Assembly: GCF_009914755.1 (NCBI RefSeq)
Contig: NC_060934.1
DNA from: the human T2T-CHM13v2.0 reference genome, Homo sapiens
Length of the DNA stretch: 64,000 bases
Reading direction: 5' to 3' (one strand)
Shown here: positions 1-12,864 of the stretch, piece by piece
How positions within the stretch are numbered: position 1 is the first letter of the stretch
Layout: every line of letters starts with the position of its first letter
Position numbers and translations under genes: made by a program
The notes under the pieces: generated by a model
The model's database searches: none
Seen by the model: the letters and a program-made list of their open reading frames with translations, nothing else
Told to the model about the DNA's origin: nothing

Positions 1-382
1 GCGCTGAGACCCAGCCTGGCCCGGGCCGGAGCCCTCCGCGACGTCAGGATGCGCCTGGCCTCACGCCGCCTCCCCTCCGTCTTCTCTGGGCCGCAGCCGC
101 TCCTCGTGAGTGAGGTCGCGGCCAGGGAGCCGGGTGGACGCGCCGGGAAGCTGCACGGTCCACGCTCCGTCTGCGCGGAGAGCCGGGCGCGCGTGGCCCG
201 GCCCCTGCAGGCGCGACTGCCGCCGCCCCGGTGGGCTCCCCTCCCCCGCACGCCCGGCACGCGGCTGGACGACTGCGGCCGCGCGGGGGCTGGAACATCC
301 CCTCAGAGCCGCAAGAGAGCGCACCCGCCGCCGGCGCCCGGAACCCAGGGCCCCTTTAAGAGGCGCCGCCGGAGCAGGGCCG

Positions 383-390
383 TGACGTCA
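383..390. promoter_or_regulatory. Full palindromic CRE (TGACGTCA)
   Basis: Exact CREB/ATF consensus in the island. A second near-site GACGTCA lies at 40-46. Confidence 0.6.
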
Positions 391-429
391 TAGAAGTGCG
401 AAGGGCGGAGTCTGTGCGCAGCCGCGGCG

Positions 430-790
430 CGGGGGGCGGGGCGGGGGCGCGGCGTTCTTGCGGGCCTGACTGACAGGAGCGCCCTCCGGGAGCGGCCAGT
501 ACTAGGCCGCCGGTCGCAAGAGCGCCCCGCGTAGGCCCCGCCCCGAAAGGAGGCCCCGCCCCGGGGCAGGCCCCGCCTCCACAAGGACACCAAGTCCCGC
601 ACAAGCCACGCCCCCCGCAGGCCCCGCCCCACTCTGTTCAGATCTAGGCCCAACTCAGGCTCCGCACCTCAAGGCTCCGCCCCCAGCAAGGCTCCGCCCC
701 AGGCCCGGCTCCACCCCGCACAGGCCCCACCCCGAGTCAGGCTCCGCCCCGCCCAGGCCCCGCCCCGGGCTCGGCTCCGCGGGGCGGGAC
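430..790. promoter_or_regulatory. Sp/KLF GC-box cluster (repeated AGGCYCCGCCCC-like units)
   Basis: About ten degenerate GGCCCCGCCC/GGCTCCGCCC copies between 530 and 790, plus GGGGCGGGGCGGGGGCG near 433-449. Confidence 0.7.
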
Positions 791-842
791 TTGCCCTCAG
801 CCTGAGTCGGCGGCGGCTGCGGGAACTTTCCCAGCGGATCTA

Positions 843-866
843 ATGGCTGCGCGCGGGCCGCTGTGA
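843..866 (+). other. Candidate uORF1 (MAARGPL*)
   Basis: ATG at 843 with +4 G, TGA at 864-866. Relevant only if the TSS is upstream of 843. Confidence 0.35.
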
Positions 867-969
867 GGCGCGGCGGCGAGCGACGCGCGCGGGGCCGCGG
901 AGCAGCGAGCGAGCGAGCGAGCGCGAGGCCGGAGCCCCGGCCAGGCCCGGCCGACCCGCCGAGCCCGCG

Positions 970-1002
970 ATGCGCCCCGGGGCCGCCCCCCGGCGCAGCT
1001 GA
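970..1002 (+). other. Candidate uORF2 in 5' UTR (MRPGAAPRRS*)
   Basis: ATG at 970 (G at -3), TGA at 1000-1002, ending 96 nt before the main ATG. Confidence 0.5.
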
Positions 1003-1051
1003 CGCCCCGCGGCCCCGCGAAGACCCCGGCCGGCCGGTCCCGGAGGAAGCG

Positions 1052-1069
1052 GCCGCCGCCGCCGCCGCC
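1052..1069 (+). repeat. (GCC)6 in 5' UTR
   Basis: Read directly from the sequence. Confidence 0.9.
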
Positions 1070-1098
1070 CAGCCCAGCGCCCGCGCCGCCCGGGCACC

Positions 1099-1173
1099 AT
1101 GGCGGGGAAGGCGGCCGCCCCGGGCACCGCGGTGCTGCTGGTCACGGCCAACGTGGGCTCGCTCTTCGACGAC
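1099..1173 (+). CDS. INPP5A: Inositol polyphosphate-5-phosphatase A, coding part of exon 1 (25 codons)
   Basis: Strong Kozak (gcaccATGg). The translation MAGKAAAPGTAVLLVTANVGSLFDD matches the INPP5A N-terminus as I recall it, including the T-x-N first-strand motif of the 5-phosphatase/EEP fold. It is followed by a consensus donor GAC|GTAAGT. Confidence 0.95.
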
Positions 1174-1194
1174 GTAAGTCCCCCGTGCCGGCGG

Positions 1195-2205
1195 CAGGCC
1201 CCAAGCCCGGAACCCCCGACCCTGACCCCGGGGTCCCGAGCTGCAAGCCTTGGACCCTGGACCGTGAACCTCCAGACCCAGAGGCCCCAGAGGCCCCAGA
1301 CTCTGATCCCTGTACCCGGGACCCCAGACTCCTGTCCTGATTCCCAAGTCTGGGAGCCCAGACCCCTGTCTTGATCCCCAAGCCCGAGACCTGAAGACCT
1401 GGGCCCTGAATCCCCGAACCCCATCCTCCAGACTCCAGCAGCTGACCGTTGACCCTGGGACCCTGCCTCTGAACTCCTGTCTGCAAATCCTGACCTCGAA
1501 ACTCCAATATTAAAACCCTGTCAGAACCCCTGTTAACAGTTCCTGGAACCCAAACCCCAGAAACCGGGTCTGTGCGCACCAAACCCAGCCCCAGCCCTGA
1601 TTTCCGAATCCTCAGAACCCTGGCCCTGGAATGCCCATCCCCAACCCTGGCCCTGAACCCCAGGTCCATGGTCACTGGAACCACAAATCCTGACTGCAGA
1701 ACTCTGGTTACAGAACCTGCTCTCAAACGTCTGTCTCTGGTCCCTGAGCCCTGGACCCCAAACCCTGAAACATAACCACAAACCCTAACCCAGGAACTTC
1801 TGACACAGGGCTGTGGCCCCAACCTCCTGTCCCTGTTCCCCAATCACTGAATTCTAGCCCTAGAATCCCAGCCTTCATACTGTGGCCCTTTGCCTCTAAA
1901 GCCAATCTAGCCTGACTCTGAACCCTGAATTTCAACCTCAGGCCCCAGCTTATGGCCCTGAACACTTGTCCTTGACCCCTGAACCTGGAACCCTGGTTCC
2001 AGAATCAGGCCCCAAACCCAATTCTGGACCCTGCCCCTAACTCTGGTTCCTAGATCCCATCCTTGGCCCCTTCCTCCAACAAGCTCCTGCCCCTGAATCC
2101 TGAATCCTGAATCCTGGTCTTAAAGCCTGGGCCTTGAGCCTGCAGAATTCCCAAACCCTAACCCTTGACTCCCACCCCTGGCCCCTGTCCTCTGAGCCTA
2201 GGCCC
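1195..2205. repeat. Cryptic C-rich 6-7-mer low-complexity tract (ACCCTG/ACCCCA/ATCCTG/CCCTAA variants)
   Basis: Continuous degenerate RCCCTG-type units, (TGAATCC)3 near 2095-2115, and perfect CCCTAA at 1783, 2035 and 2156. Confidence 0.65.
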
Positions 2206-4009
2206 TCCACTCTGGCTGTCAGCCCCAGCTCCTGGATGCCTGGGTGCCGGCCTCACTGTCTGTCTGTCCCTGCAGGGCCAGAGGGTAGGGTGCCCCCATT
2301 TAACCCTGCCACTTAGTATCTCTTTAGTTCGTAAATAAGGGAAGTCTGTAAAGCACTGTAGGACTTTATATTTCTTGTTTATTGAAGAAAAAGATGCTGA
2401 GAAGCTCTTCAGGGCCAGAAAGGGGATGCTGACTGCCTATGGCCTTTACCTTCTAGGGCCCCTCCCACCCAAGCCTCATTCCCACCCAGGATCCCAGGGT
2501 GCCCCCATCTCTGGAGAGACCAGGGAGCTGAGGCCCAGGGCGCACTGGGAGCTCCCCAGAGGCAGGCCGGTCTGACCTAGTTTGGCGTTTCAGCCACGGT
2601 GCCACCCTGCTGTTGGTACTCCTGCTGCCAACCCAAATAAAGCAGAGTGAGGCTCCAAGTGGCCCAGATGGAGGCCGTGGAGCCACGGACGCTCCCTCCC
2701 TCCCTCCCTCCCTCCCTAGGTGAACAGTGGGGCACCGCACCAGCTTTATGACGGATGTGTGCCACTGATGCACGCGTGGTTTCCATTTCAGGAGGAGGTC
2801 TTGTGTCTTTGCTGGCAGCAAGCATGGGTGAAGTGTTTGATGAAGCTCAGTTCATGCACAGGCTAGGTTTGGTTTTTATTAACAAAAGGCGCTGTTTTTC
2901 TGTTTTTCTTATTTTAACTTCCAGGTGCCCATGTATTATACTGACCTGCTGGGGAGGAACTGGTTTTCCTCACACTTTATTATTAACAACTTCATCTAGG
3001 TTTATGTTTGATCATTTTCTACAAAAGTGCCTGGCATGGGTGTGTGTCTGTATATTTGGCGTTCTATTCTAGGCTTTCCAGTAACATGTCACTATAGCAT
3101 GGTTTTGTTCAGATGATTCAGATCCGTTAGCTGCGGCTTCAAAGCCTCAGAAATGTCAGGAGCATTAAGCTTGCTGGGGCATTTTAGTCTCAAAGGGAAA
3201 CGAGTTTTACTGTGCAGACATTCTTTCCAGTAATCTTTGATTCTGAGTTCTAGCATTTTTGTTGTGTTTCAATTGTATACACGTATTTATCTCTGTTGAT
3301 ATTAAATTGGGTAACTTAATTCACTTTTGTTTAGCAACCTATTCTCTCTGAATTTTCATTTTTCTTAAAGGCTATGTGGAATTTTGCATTATGTTTATGT
3401 TTAGAAGGAACATTTGTTTAGGTCAACAGTACATAGGTTAATTCTGAAAGGTGCATTGTGATTTCAGGGCTGAGTGGAAACTTATCTGTCCGTGTCTGAA
3501 GATTTCTTAATGTGTGCAGCTCAGTCCCCGGGGGCCAGACCCAGTCTCCTTCAGTGGAAACCAGCCAGGCACTCACATTCCCAGGCCCCCTTCCTTGGTT
3601 GAGGTTTGGGGTGTGGTACTTGTGGGCCAGAAGCCTGGCCGGTGGAAGGAAATTCATGAGTGAAGGAAGTTTTGGTTTCTTGGTTTGTCCTGGATTTCAG
3701 GGGACCTGCTTTGAGATTCTGTTTGCCTTTGTGCAGCCCGTCCCGTGCTGACGAACGCACCCTGCAGGCAGTGCTCAGGCTGTGAAGGAATCTTTCTCGC
3801 CCAGTCTCACCGTGTTGGAAGCCAAGCTCGTCTGTGACCAGTGCTGGAGACGGTCACAGTTCCGAGGAGGAAGATGTTTGAATCTGAAGCAGATATCCCG
3901 GACTGTGGCGGACTCTGTTTTCCTTTTGTGCACAAGTGATAGGTGGTTTGCTTTTGCTTTTGCAGTTTTGAAAGTCTCCCCTCTTAAGGCCCCTCCTCCT
4001 CCCCCTCTT

Positions 4010-4340
<331 letters not shown>

Positions 4341-4499
4341 TAGCATCCTGGGATCCACACGGAATCTCACTCAGCAGCCCCTGTTTGCTCATCACTACTC
4401 CATCTTTGTGACCCCAGATTGGCCATGCTGCGGGCTGCGGGGCTGTCCCCACTGGGGTTGTGTCTGACCCTGTGCAGACAGTGTTGCGGTAAATGCCTT

Positions 4500-4795
4500 A
4501 CAGTGTACCGGTCCCCAAGCCCTTATCCCTCACTTTCCTAGAAATTATGGAGGACCCGAAAGAGTTCTTGTTTATGTTGGTTATAACTACCAATATTTCT
4601 CATATTGGGAGCTGAGACTGCATGAGAATACATAGCTCACTGCACTAGCTGGCAGAGCGATTACATCATCCCACATCACAGGCACCCCCTCAGGTGTTGG
4701 CCGTTCTTCCCTAGGAGACAGTGAGAATGGAAAGAGGAGTCATTTTGTAGTATTATGGAAATAGTGTTGACCTAGTCAACCTGTGAAAAGGCCTC
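4500..4795. mobile_element. Degraded hAT-Charlie-type DNA transposon fragment
   Basis: gaggacccgaaagagttcttgtttatgttggttata...tattatggaaatagtgttgacc resembles Charlie-family consensus as I recall it. Confidence 0.4.
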
Positions 4796-5809
4796 CTCAG
4801 CCCAGTCCTCCCTCCCCATACTGTCATGGGCACCCCTGTCTCTGGCCAGGTGGCTGGGGTGCCTGGGACTTTCCCAGGCTTATGCAGACTGCCAGATCAC
4901 CCTCGGTGAGCCCTGCAGCTGGTCTTTAATTCCTGGATTGGACTCCTGCTGTCACTACTGGTTTGCTTGGAAAGAGGTGACCAGGGGTCCATATTTAATT
5001 GTTTTGCTTTGATGTGGCTGGTTTTTTGACAAGTGAGGTTTCTGGCTTTTGGTTCCTTCCATTTTTATGAGAAGGGAATTGAGGAGGTGAATTCTTGCCA
5101 GCTGTGGCGTCCCACCCTTGCATGGTCAGGCTGCTGTTTGGTCCTGAGAACACAGCCCGCTGGCGGGTATCTGCCTGGTGGCCCTTCCTGCTGCTTGTTC
5201 GCAGCTAAGTCAGTTCTGAGCCAGTTCGCCTTTTTGCTTAGTCAGCTCCCGGGCAGCCCTGTCCCTCTGCCCAGACCCGGGTTTGCAGAACGGCTGTGAG
5301 AGTGGGCTCGGCAAGTGCTCGCTGGCAGGGACCTGAGCACCTTGCAGTCAGCAGGTGTTGAAGAGCCCTGGAAGAGCGTGGAGGTGGCGGAGCTGCTGTG
5401 GGTATGGAGTCGGTGATGGTCAGTGGTGCAGGCTGGCGTCTCTCTCTGGTAGCATCAGCATTGCCTTCTTTGCCATGTGGTTCCTGGCAACACCAAAGGT
5501 ACTGCCCTCTCTCCCACCTTGAAAACTCTGAACTCCATGTTTCCTCCAGCCACTGCGGGGCATCCTGACTCTCTACCGTGGCAGCCCTCGAGTGGGGTGG
5601 GGGGGTCTCCCCTCCATGTCCTTCTCCAGGCCTCTGCCCCAGCACTCCTGCACAGCAGGGCCCAGGGCTGGGTGCGGGTTGTACCCAGCTGGCAGTGACT
5701 AGCCAGAATTTTTGCTCCCTCTGTGGATCCTCCTTCTTCTTCAGGGACGTTTCACTTGGTAATGGCTGTGCTGGGACAGAATTCGCACACCATGCCCCTC
5801 ACCCATTTC

Positions 5810-6119
5810 TTTTTCCTTTTCTTTTTTGTTTTCACACAGGGTCTCATTCTGTCACCCAGGCTGGAGTGCGGTGGCTCACTGTAGCCTTGAACTCCTGGGC
5901 TGAAGTGAGCTGAAGCCATCCTCCTGCCTCAGCCTTCTAAGTAGCTGGGACCACAGGTGCACGCTACCACACCCAGCTGATTTTTTTATTTTTATTTTTT
6001 GTAGAGATGGGGTCTTGCTGTGTTGCCCAGACTGGGCTCAAACTCCTGGGCTCAAGCAGTGCTCTCATCTCTGTCTCCCGGAGTGTTGGAATCACAGGTG
6101 TGGGCCCTCACACCCAGCC
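5810..6119 (-). mobile_element. Alu (AluJ-like)
   Basis: Two-arm antisense Alu with a T-rich linker at about 5980-6000. Confidence 0.9.
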
Positions 6120-6420
6120 CTTTCTCCCATATGAGGTGTACAATTCACTGGTTTTCAGTATGTTCACAGGGTGTGCAGCTGTCACCACAGGCAATTGTAG
6201 AACATTTTTATCACCTCAAAAAGAAGCTGCATTAGCACCCAAGCCCCACGTCCCCCAGCCTCCCCACCCCCTGCAGTCAGTTTTCCTCTCTGTGGATTTG
6301 CCTGTCCCGGGCGTTTCACATACATGGGATCAGACGGTCTGCCCTTTGACCTGACTGCTTTCACTGAGCGTATGTAAAAGTGTCCATGCTGCAGCGTGCG
6401 TCAGTCCTGCATTTCTTCCT

Positions 6421-6727
6421 TTCTTTCTTTTTTCTTTTAAATTACAGAGACGGGGTCTTGCTGTTCACCCAGACTGGAATGCAATGGTGTGATCGCAGCT
6501 CACTGTAGCCTTGACCTCCTGGCTTCAAGTGATCCTCCTGCCTTAGCCTCCTGAATAACGGGGACTACAGGCATGCACCACTATGCCCAGCTAATTCTTT
6601 TTACTTTTTGAGAAGATGAGGTCTCACTATGCTGCCTAGGCTAGTCTCAAAGTCCTGGCTTCAAGTGATCCCCTGGCCTTGGCCTCCCAAAGTGCTGGGC
6701 TTACAGGCATGAGCCACAGTGCCAAGT
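6421..6727 (-). mobile_element. Alu (AluJ-like)
   Basis: Full antisense Alu text. Confidence 0.9.
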
Positions 6728-6804
6728 CTCTTTATTCCTGTTTATGGCTGAATAATATTCCATTGTGTGGATACACCAAGTTTTGTTTCTGTGTTCATCA
6801 GCTG

Positions 6805-6930
6805 GTGGATGTTTGGCCTGTTCCCTCCTTCCGGTTCTGGTGAACAGTGGATGTTTGGCCTATTCCCACCTTTAAGTTCGGGTGAACAGTGGATGTTTGG
6901 GCTGTTCCCGCCTTCCGGTTCTGGTGAACA
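6805..6930. repeat. 42-bp tandem repeat x3
   Basis: gtggatgtttgg...ggtgaaca starting at 6805, 6847 and 6889. Confidence 0.9.
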
Positions 6931-9900
6931 GTGCTGCTGTGTGCATCTTTGCAGGCGTCCCTAGGCGGACATGCGTTCTCAGTGCTGTTGGGTGTGCATA
7001 GTCTTGGCATTGCTGGGTGACGTGGTGAGTTCGTATTTAACCCTTGAGGGCCTGTCAGGCAGTCCATGGTGGCTGCCCCATGTCACATCCCTCCCAGGGT
7101 TCTGGTTTCTGCACCTCTCAGTGTTGGCGCCCCTGGGCTCAGGCTGGCCACCCTTCTCCCTTCCTGGGACCTCATCTAGACGCACAGCCATAAGTGCCAT
7201 CTCTGTGTGGGTGCCCACTCCCAGCGAGAAGCGCACAACCAGGATGCTAGCCTGCAGTAGGTGGGGCCCTGCTCTGCCGCTCCGGCCAGAGCAGAGTGCC
7301 AGCTCTCAAGGAGGTTGGGGCGTCCTCATTTCGGAGGCAGCTGTCTTCCTACCTGTGTGCCGGGCACAGAGGATGGGGGCGGCCTGTGGTCTGCAGGTGC
7401 CCTCCCTGCCCCGGTGCGGCAATGGGCGTGGCTGGAGGTGTCTCAGCAGTCTTTTTTTTTGGGTTGCTGTCTCTGACCCAAGATCTCGGTGCACTTTCCC
7501 TGGGAGAATTATGACCTGTTTGCCAGGGCTCATAAGCGGCAGGATCGTCTGTCTGCTGGGCAGGGAGGGTTAAATATGACTGTGGTCCCGGCCCTGGCTG
7601 CAGGGTACGGGAGCTGCTTCTGCCACCTCAGGAAACCACGTCTAAATCTTGAACACCTCCTTACCTTAGACAGCATCATTTCGGGTCGGTCCTTGATTTT
7701 TAGACTTTTGGAATAAGCCTGGCAGTTCTCCGTTTGCCAGCTCTGCATGCCCCTCTCCCTCCGGCCCTGGCATTTGGGACGCAGCAGGCTGTGCTCTTTG
7801 GATTGTTACTGATTCAGCCTTTGAGAACGGCCGGCGGTGTTCTCTCTGCTCACAAACTTTCATCCCCCGTTTACTTCCTGTTTTTTTATCAGTCTCTAGA
7901 GTTGCTGAGGAGAGAGTTTAGATCACCCGGGTTAGGGGTGGGGGTGGTGGGACTTCTTTGGTTTGAAATATTAACGATTCCTCATGTTTTGAAGTAAGCA
8001 CCCAGATCGACCTGTCGGGCAGTGTTGGGAGAATGTCTGCACGTAGGCGTGGTCACGTCCGTCCCTGTTGCCTGCGCTGCTCCGAGAAGCCCCACTCTGA
8101 CCAGCACCACTGAGGAGTGTCTGTCCGTGTGGAGTTGTGGGGCAGGTGGAGCAGGGCAGAGGGCCCCGCACGGCTCTGGGATGGCTGTGCTCGGTGGGGG
8201 TCTGATTTTGGGGGAAGAGGCTGGTACTGGGGTGTTTCCGTGGACTTGTTGGGTCTGATTCAGAAGTTACAGAAATCCAGACCCAGGCCTGCCCCACCGT
8301 GAAGCATCAAATTTAGAGCCCCTCTGTCCAGGGGCTAGAGGGGCATTCGGAAGACTTTGACCAGATCGGGGCGGCTGAGGGGGCTGCCTACGGCAGGAGA
8401 CGGCAGGTCTCTCTGAGCTGTGGGGCTCACGGAGGGACAGCCTCCAGGAAGGTGGCCTCCATCCGGGAATGGGGTCCAGGCGGAGGAGGGTGGGCATCTC
8501 TCCACATGCCACTCTGTGCCCCACTGCCCCTGCCGGGGTGTTCCCGCTGTCTCCTGGGCGGGTCCTTCTGATGTGAGTGCACTCCAGTGAAATACCTGTG
8601 GGGGCCTTAGGGGAAGAGGGTGCGGAACAGGCAGGCTGTTCCCATGCGGACCTGAAAGTGCTGTCAAGTTCCCCCTTCCTTTGCTCGGTTTCATTAATTG
8701 GGATACTTGGGAATCTCAGAGCCCGGTGGGAACCAGGAACTGAGCTCAGAGGCTCTGGAGCCCCAAGTCGCACCCCACCAGGTCTGGTTGGTGCTGCCAT
8801 GGGCTCAGATCTGGCGTTTTCCAAGCTCCCCCTGCTTTGTGGAGCTCTGAGCGCTGGCTCCAGGCCGGCTTTCAGGAAGGCCGACTGCCTCAATCGTGGT
8901 TGCTGCCTCCGCTCGGCCTGAGGTGATGAGAGTGTGGATGGCACCTGCACTGTGTCCACTCTTTAGGCTCTAATGTTCATGGTGTGTTTGGAGACGTGGA
9001 AGTGGCTCTGGAGGAGCGTCCACCAGGTCCTGCTTGTGTACGGGGGCCGGCAGCACCGTTGTGTTGGGATGAGTGGCCGAGGCGTCTGGGGACGTCCTGG
9101 AGCCTGCAGCCCTTGGCCGTGTCACGCCATGTGCTCATGTGACCGAGGACGCTTCCGAGGATGTGGAAGCCACCAGTCGTCCTGGGTGGGTTGGGGCTGG
9201 ACACCACTTCTGGGGCAGGTCTAGGGTGATGGCGCTCCCAGCCCGCGGGGGTCTTGGCGTTGGCGCAGAAGTGGTTTCCCAGCGGCGTGCCCTGAGTGTT
9301 GGGAAAAGGCCCTCTGCTGCCGCTCCAGGTTCAGAAGATGCCGCTTCTGGTTTTTCCCCGTTGTGAGTGAGAACAGCCCCACCTCCAGGAGCATGGCCTC
9401 CGGATCAGCCTGTTACTTGAACCCTGAGCCCCTGGTGGGTCTCGGTGACCTTGAGCCGGTTGTCTTCTTGATCCTTCTCTCCGACAGGAGTGTGAGACTC
9501 CTCTTCAGGGGTTGCTGGGGACCAGCTGGTTGCTGTGTCGGGGGGCCGTGCTCCCCCTTCTCTCTTGGAAGGTGTAAGGGCTTAGTAGGGCTGCCTCGGC
9601 TGCTGGGGCAGCTTTCCCCGGCCCCTTCCCCGCCTCCTTCCCACTCTGGATTGTCCTGGGCGTCTCTGTGTGGGGTCTCCTGGCTCCTGCAGATCTGTGT
9701 AGCCTGCACTGAACTGCCCCTCTTCCTGGGTGCACTGCATACCCCGGGCCCCCTGGGCTCTGGCCTGTCCCCTTGTCCCCACCTGACCGCCCAGCCACTG
9801 TTCTCCCTGGCCCTTCCCTCTCGTTTCTGCCTGGGCCTGCCTGGCTGGTCTTGCCTGGCCCTGCTTTTGGTCCTGTAGGCACCAGGACTGCACTCTGGCA

Positions 9901-10806
9901 GGGGCAGACTCTGTTTCCTGCTCAGCAGAGCCCAGGCCTGGCCCTGGTTAGCAGGCTGTGTCATCTGCCGCAGACAGCCTTCCTTTCTGCGTCCTCCCCT
10001 CTCGGGGTCCCGCATGACTGGTCCTCATTCCAGGAACCAGAGGAGATTGAAGAACCCGAGACTTGGCTTTGGCCCAAGTCCCTGTGGAGAGGAAATCCCG
10101 CCTTCAGTGCCAGGTGCCAGGCCACAGTCCAGGTTCACGTGGATGCGGGGCAGGCCCCACCTCTCCTCGCATGTGCGGCCTTGGGCTGTGTTTCACCTGT
10201 CAGCCTGTCTGTGCCCAGGGAGTAGGAATCCCACCTTGCATGGTGGCTCAGGGTGGTCAGGGAGGGCGTGGCTGTCACATGGTTTCTGGACTGTCAGCCT
10301 TTGGGCTGAGTGAGGCGTTACTGCCATCAGGGGTCCCTGGAGGGGCTCTCTCCATCCTCTTCCTGGCGTCAGGTGTTCTCGGCGGCCTCTCGGTAACAGC
10401 CTGGCCTTTGCTTCTGTCCGGGGCACGTGGCCCAGGCTGAGCAGTGCACTCGGCTGCCTAGGTGGTGTGAGGTTCTGTGAGCCCGGGCCCAGCTGCCGTG
10501 GTGAATATAACCGGGAGGGAGTGCCCGCCTCTGCCCACCTGCCTGGCATCTGGGGTTCCCGGGAGGCCGGGCACCTGCACCCTCGCCGTCGCCCTGGGCT
10601 GACCTCCCATCTCCTCCTTCTCTACCCAAGCGCCCGTGGCCTGAACAGGACTTGGTTTTTCAGGCCTTCATGCCTCAGCTTGAGGGGCTCTTTTTTCAAA
10701 GGGTTCCTCCGGGACGCCTCGCCTAGGCAAGCAGGGTTTTCCTCCTTCACGGGACAGCCCGCGTGCCCCCAGCCCTGTGACGCGCTCTTGGTGACTCACC
10801 AAGTGA

Positions 10807-11190
<384 letters not shown>

Positions 11191-11489
11191 ATGGTGTCTT
11201 TATTCGGGTTCTGCTCAAATGGGTGGAGGGGTGGGGTGGGGCCAATGCAGCTGGAAGGGAGTTGGAGGAGCTGTGGATCCGGTAGTCCCCGGACCGTGGT
11301 GGTGTTTGCGGCCACATATGCCATGCTCAGGAGGTCAGTGGGGCCAGGGGAAGGGGTGTTGAAGTCACCAAAGGCCAGGCCAGGCCTCTGCTGCCCGTTG
11401 CCGGTGGCCCGGGAGTCGGCTCTGCTTCTGCCTCGCACCCGGCCTGGGGGTGTTCCGAGATCTGGTTGGCTTTTGTGTTTGCGCGTTTA

Positions 11490-12450
11490 ACAGTGTTATT
11501 TACCCGGGATTTGAATAGCATGCAGTTCACCCAATGTGAGTGTATGGTTCACTGACTTTGAGAAAATATTTATGGTGTGTAACCATCACCGCACCCCAGT
11601 TTTGAGACACTTCCCTCCTCAGTCCCTGCTCCCGGCCCTGGGCCACAACTGCTTTCTGTCCCGCCAGTTTCGCCTGCGCCGAGGGCACTGTATCGTGAAC
11701 CACAGGCTGTGTTGTTTTCATGCGTCTGGTTTCTTTGACTTAGCATAACGCAGCGTTTCAAGGTTTGTATTGATATGCTTTGCATATCAGCAGTTTATCT
11801 GGCTTTTTTTTTTTTTTTTTTTTTTTTGAGATAGGGTCTCACTTCCACCTAGGCTGGAGTGCAGTGGCGCAGTCACCACTCACCGAAGCCTCAAACTCCT
11901 GGACTCAAGCATTCTTCCTGCTTCAGCCTCCTGAGTAGCTGGGGCCACAGGCGCGGCCACCATGCCAGGCTTTTACAATTTTTTGTAGGTATGGGGTCTC
12001 GCTATGTTGCCCAGGCTGGTCTCGAATTCCTGGCCTCAAGTGATCCTCCCACCTTGGCCTCCCAAAGTGCTGGGATGACAGGTGTGAGCCACTGCGCCTG
12101 GGCTTGTCTTCCCTGTTTCATGGCTGAGCAGTGTCCCCTGAGTGGAGGCATACCTCGTTTCTCCAGTCGCCCACAGATGGACGTCGGGGCTATCGTGGCT
12201 AGTGTACTGTTTGTGAATATGCACGTGCCTGTGTGGACGAGGGTGTCACTGCTCTAGGGCTGGCCGAGTGGTCACTCTGTGGCTGTCTTTCCGGGAGCTG
12301 CTCAATTCTTCCCATAGTTGCTGCCCCATTCGTGCCCCGTCGAGTGGTGTGGAAGGACTCTAGCTCTTCTGCATCATGCCAGCACTTGGTGGCATTTGTC
12401 TTTTTAATTATGGCTGTGTGGTGGCATCTTGCGGTTTAACTTGCATTTCT
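11490..12450 (-). mobile_element. Old L1M 3' fragment flanking an Alu
   Basis: Degraded L1 3' motifs (accatcacc...ttttgagacactt, ctggtttctttgacttagcataa, ttcatggctgagcagtg). Confidence 0.55.
11804..12103 (-). mobile_element. Alu (AluJ-like)
   Basis: Long poly-T followed by a full antisense Alu. Confidence 0.9.
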
Positions 12451-12864
12451 GGTCCTACTTCCAAATAATAATTCCCCACAAGGATGGTTATCTTGCCGTG
12501 TTGGTAATGGCTTTGACAGCTGGATGACAGACGGTGTTGGCGGGCTGCCCTCTGCCCACCCCTCCAGGAGGGCCTGTGGGATGCGAGGCCTCTGCTACGA
12601 GGCTCCCGCTTGCCTGGCAGGTGGCAGGTGTGATGAGCATGGGGAGTGCAGGTGAAGCAGGAGCAGACAGGTGCGTGTCCTGGAGCTCTGCAGCTGCAGG
12701 GCGGGAGCCGGGGCTTCCGTGAGGCTCTGTGACACAGGTCGGGGCCACCCAGCCCAGCCTGGGTTCCTGCAGCCCCCACTCTCTGCCCCTGGTCTGAATG
12801 GTGGGGTTGGTGTGTCTCTGTTACAGGATTGGTGTGACGTCTGAGTCACTGTGCCTTAGAGTAC

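Larger units (their letters stand above)
1..1300. promoter_or_regulatory. CpG-island promoter spanning INPP5A exon 1 (left edge may extend beyond the window)
   Basis: Very GC-rich with abundant intact CpG, many GC boxes and no clear TATA. CpG density drops sharply after about 1320. Confidence 0.9.
6125..7110 (-). mobile_element. Old L1 (L1M) 3'-end fragment, interrupted by an Alu and a 42-bp repeat
   Basis: Typical L1M 3' text: tacaattcactggttttcagtatgttcaca..., tttatggctgaataatattccattgtgtggata. Confidence 0.7.

Noticed and set aside
1174-1374. Read-through of the 91-aa ORF past exon 1
   Set aside because: Sequence after residue 25 is intronic, and a consensus donor is present at 1174.
44-1843. 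Overlapping long ORFs on both strands in the CpG island
   Set aside because: Stop-codon scarcity in GC-rich DNA gives low-complexity R/G/P/A peptides. Only the 25-codon exon has a Kozak start, a donor and a known protein match.
2890-2930. Strong acceptor-like tract ending ttccag|G as possible exon 2
   Set aside because: The downstream translation does not match INPP5A and no good donor follows.
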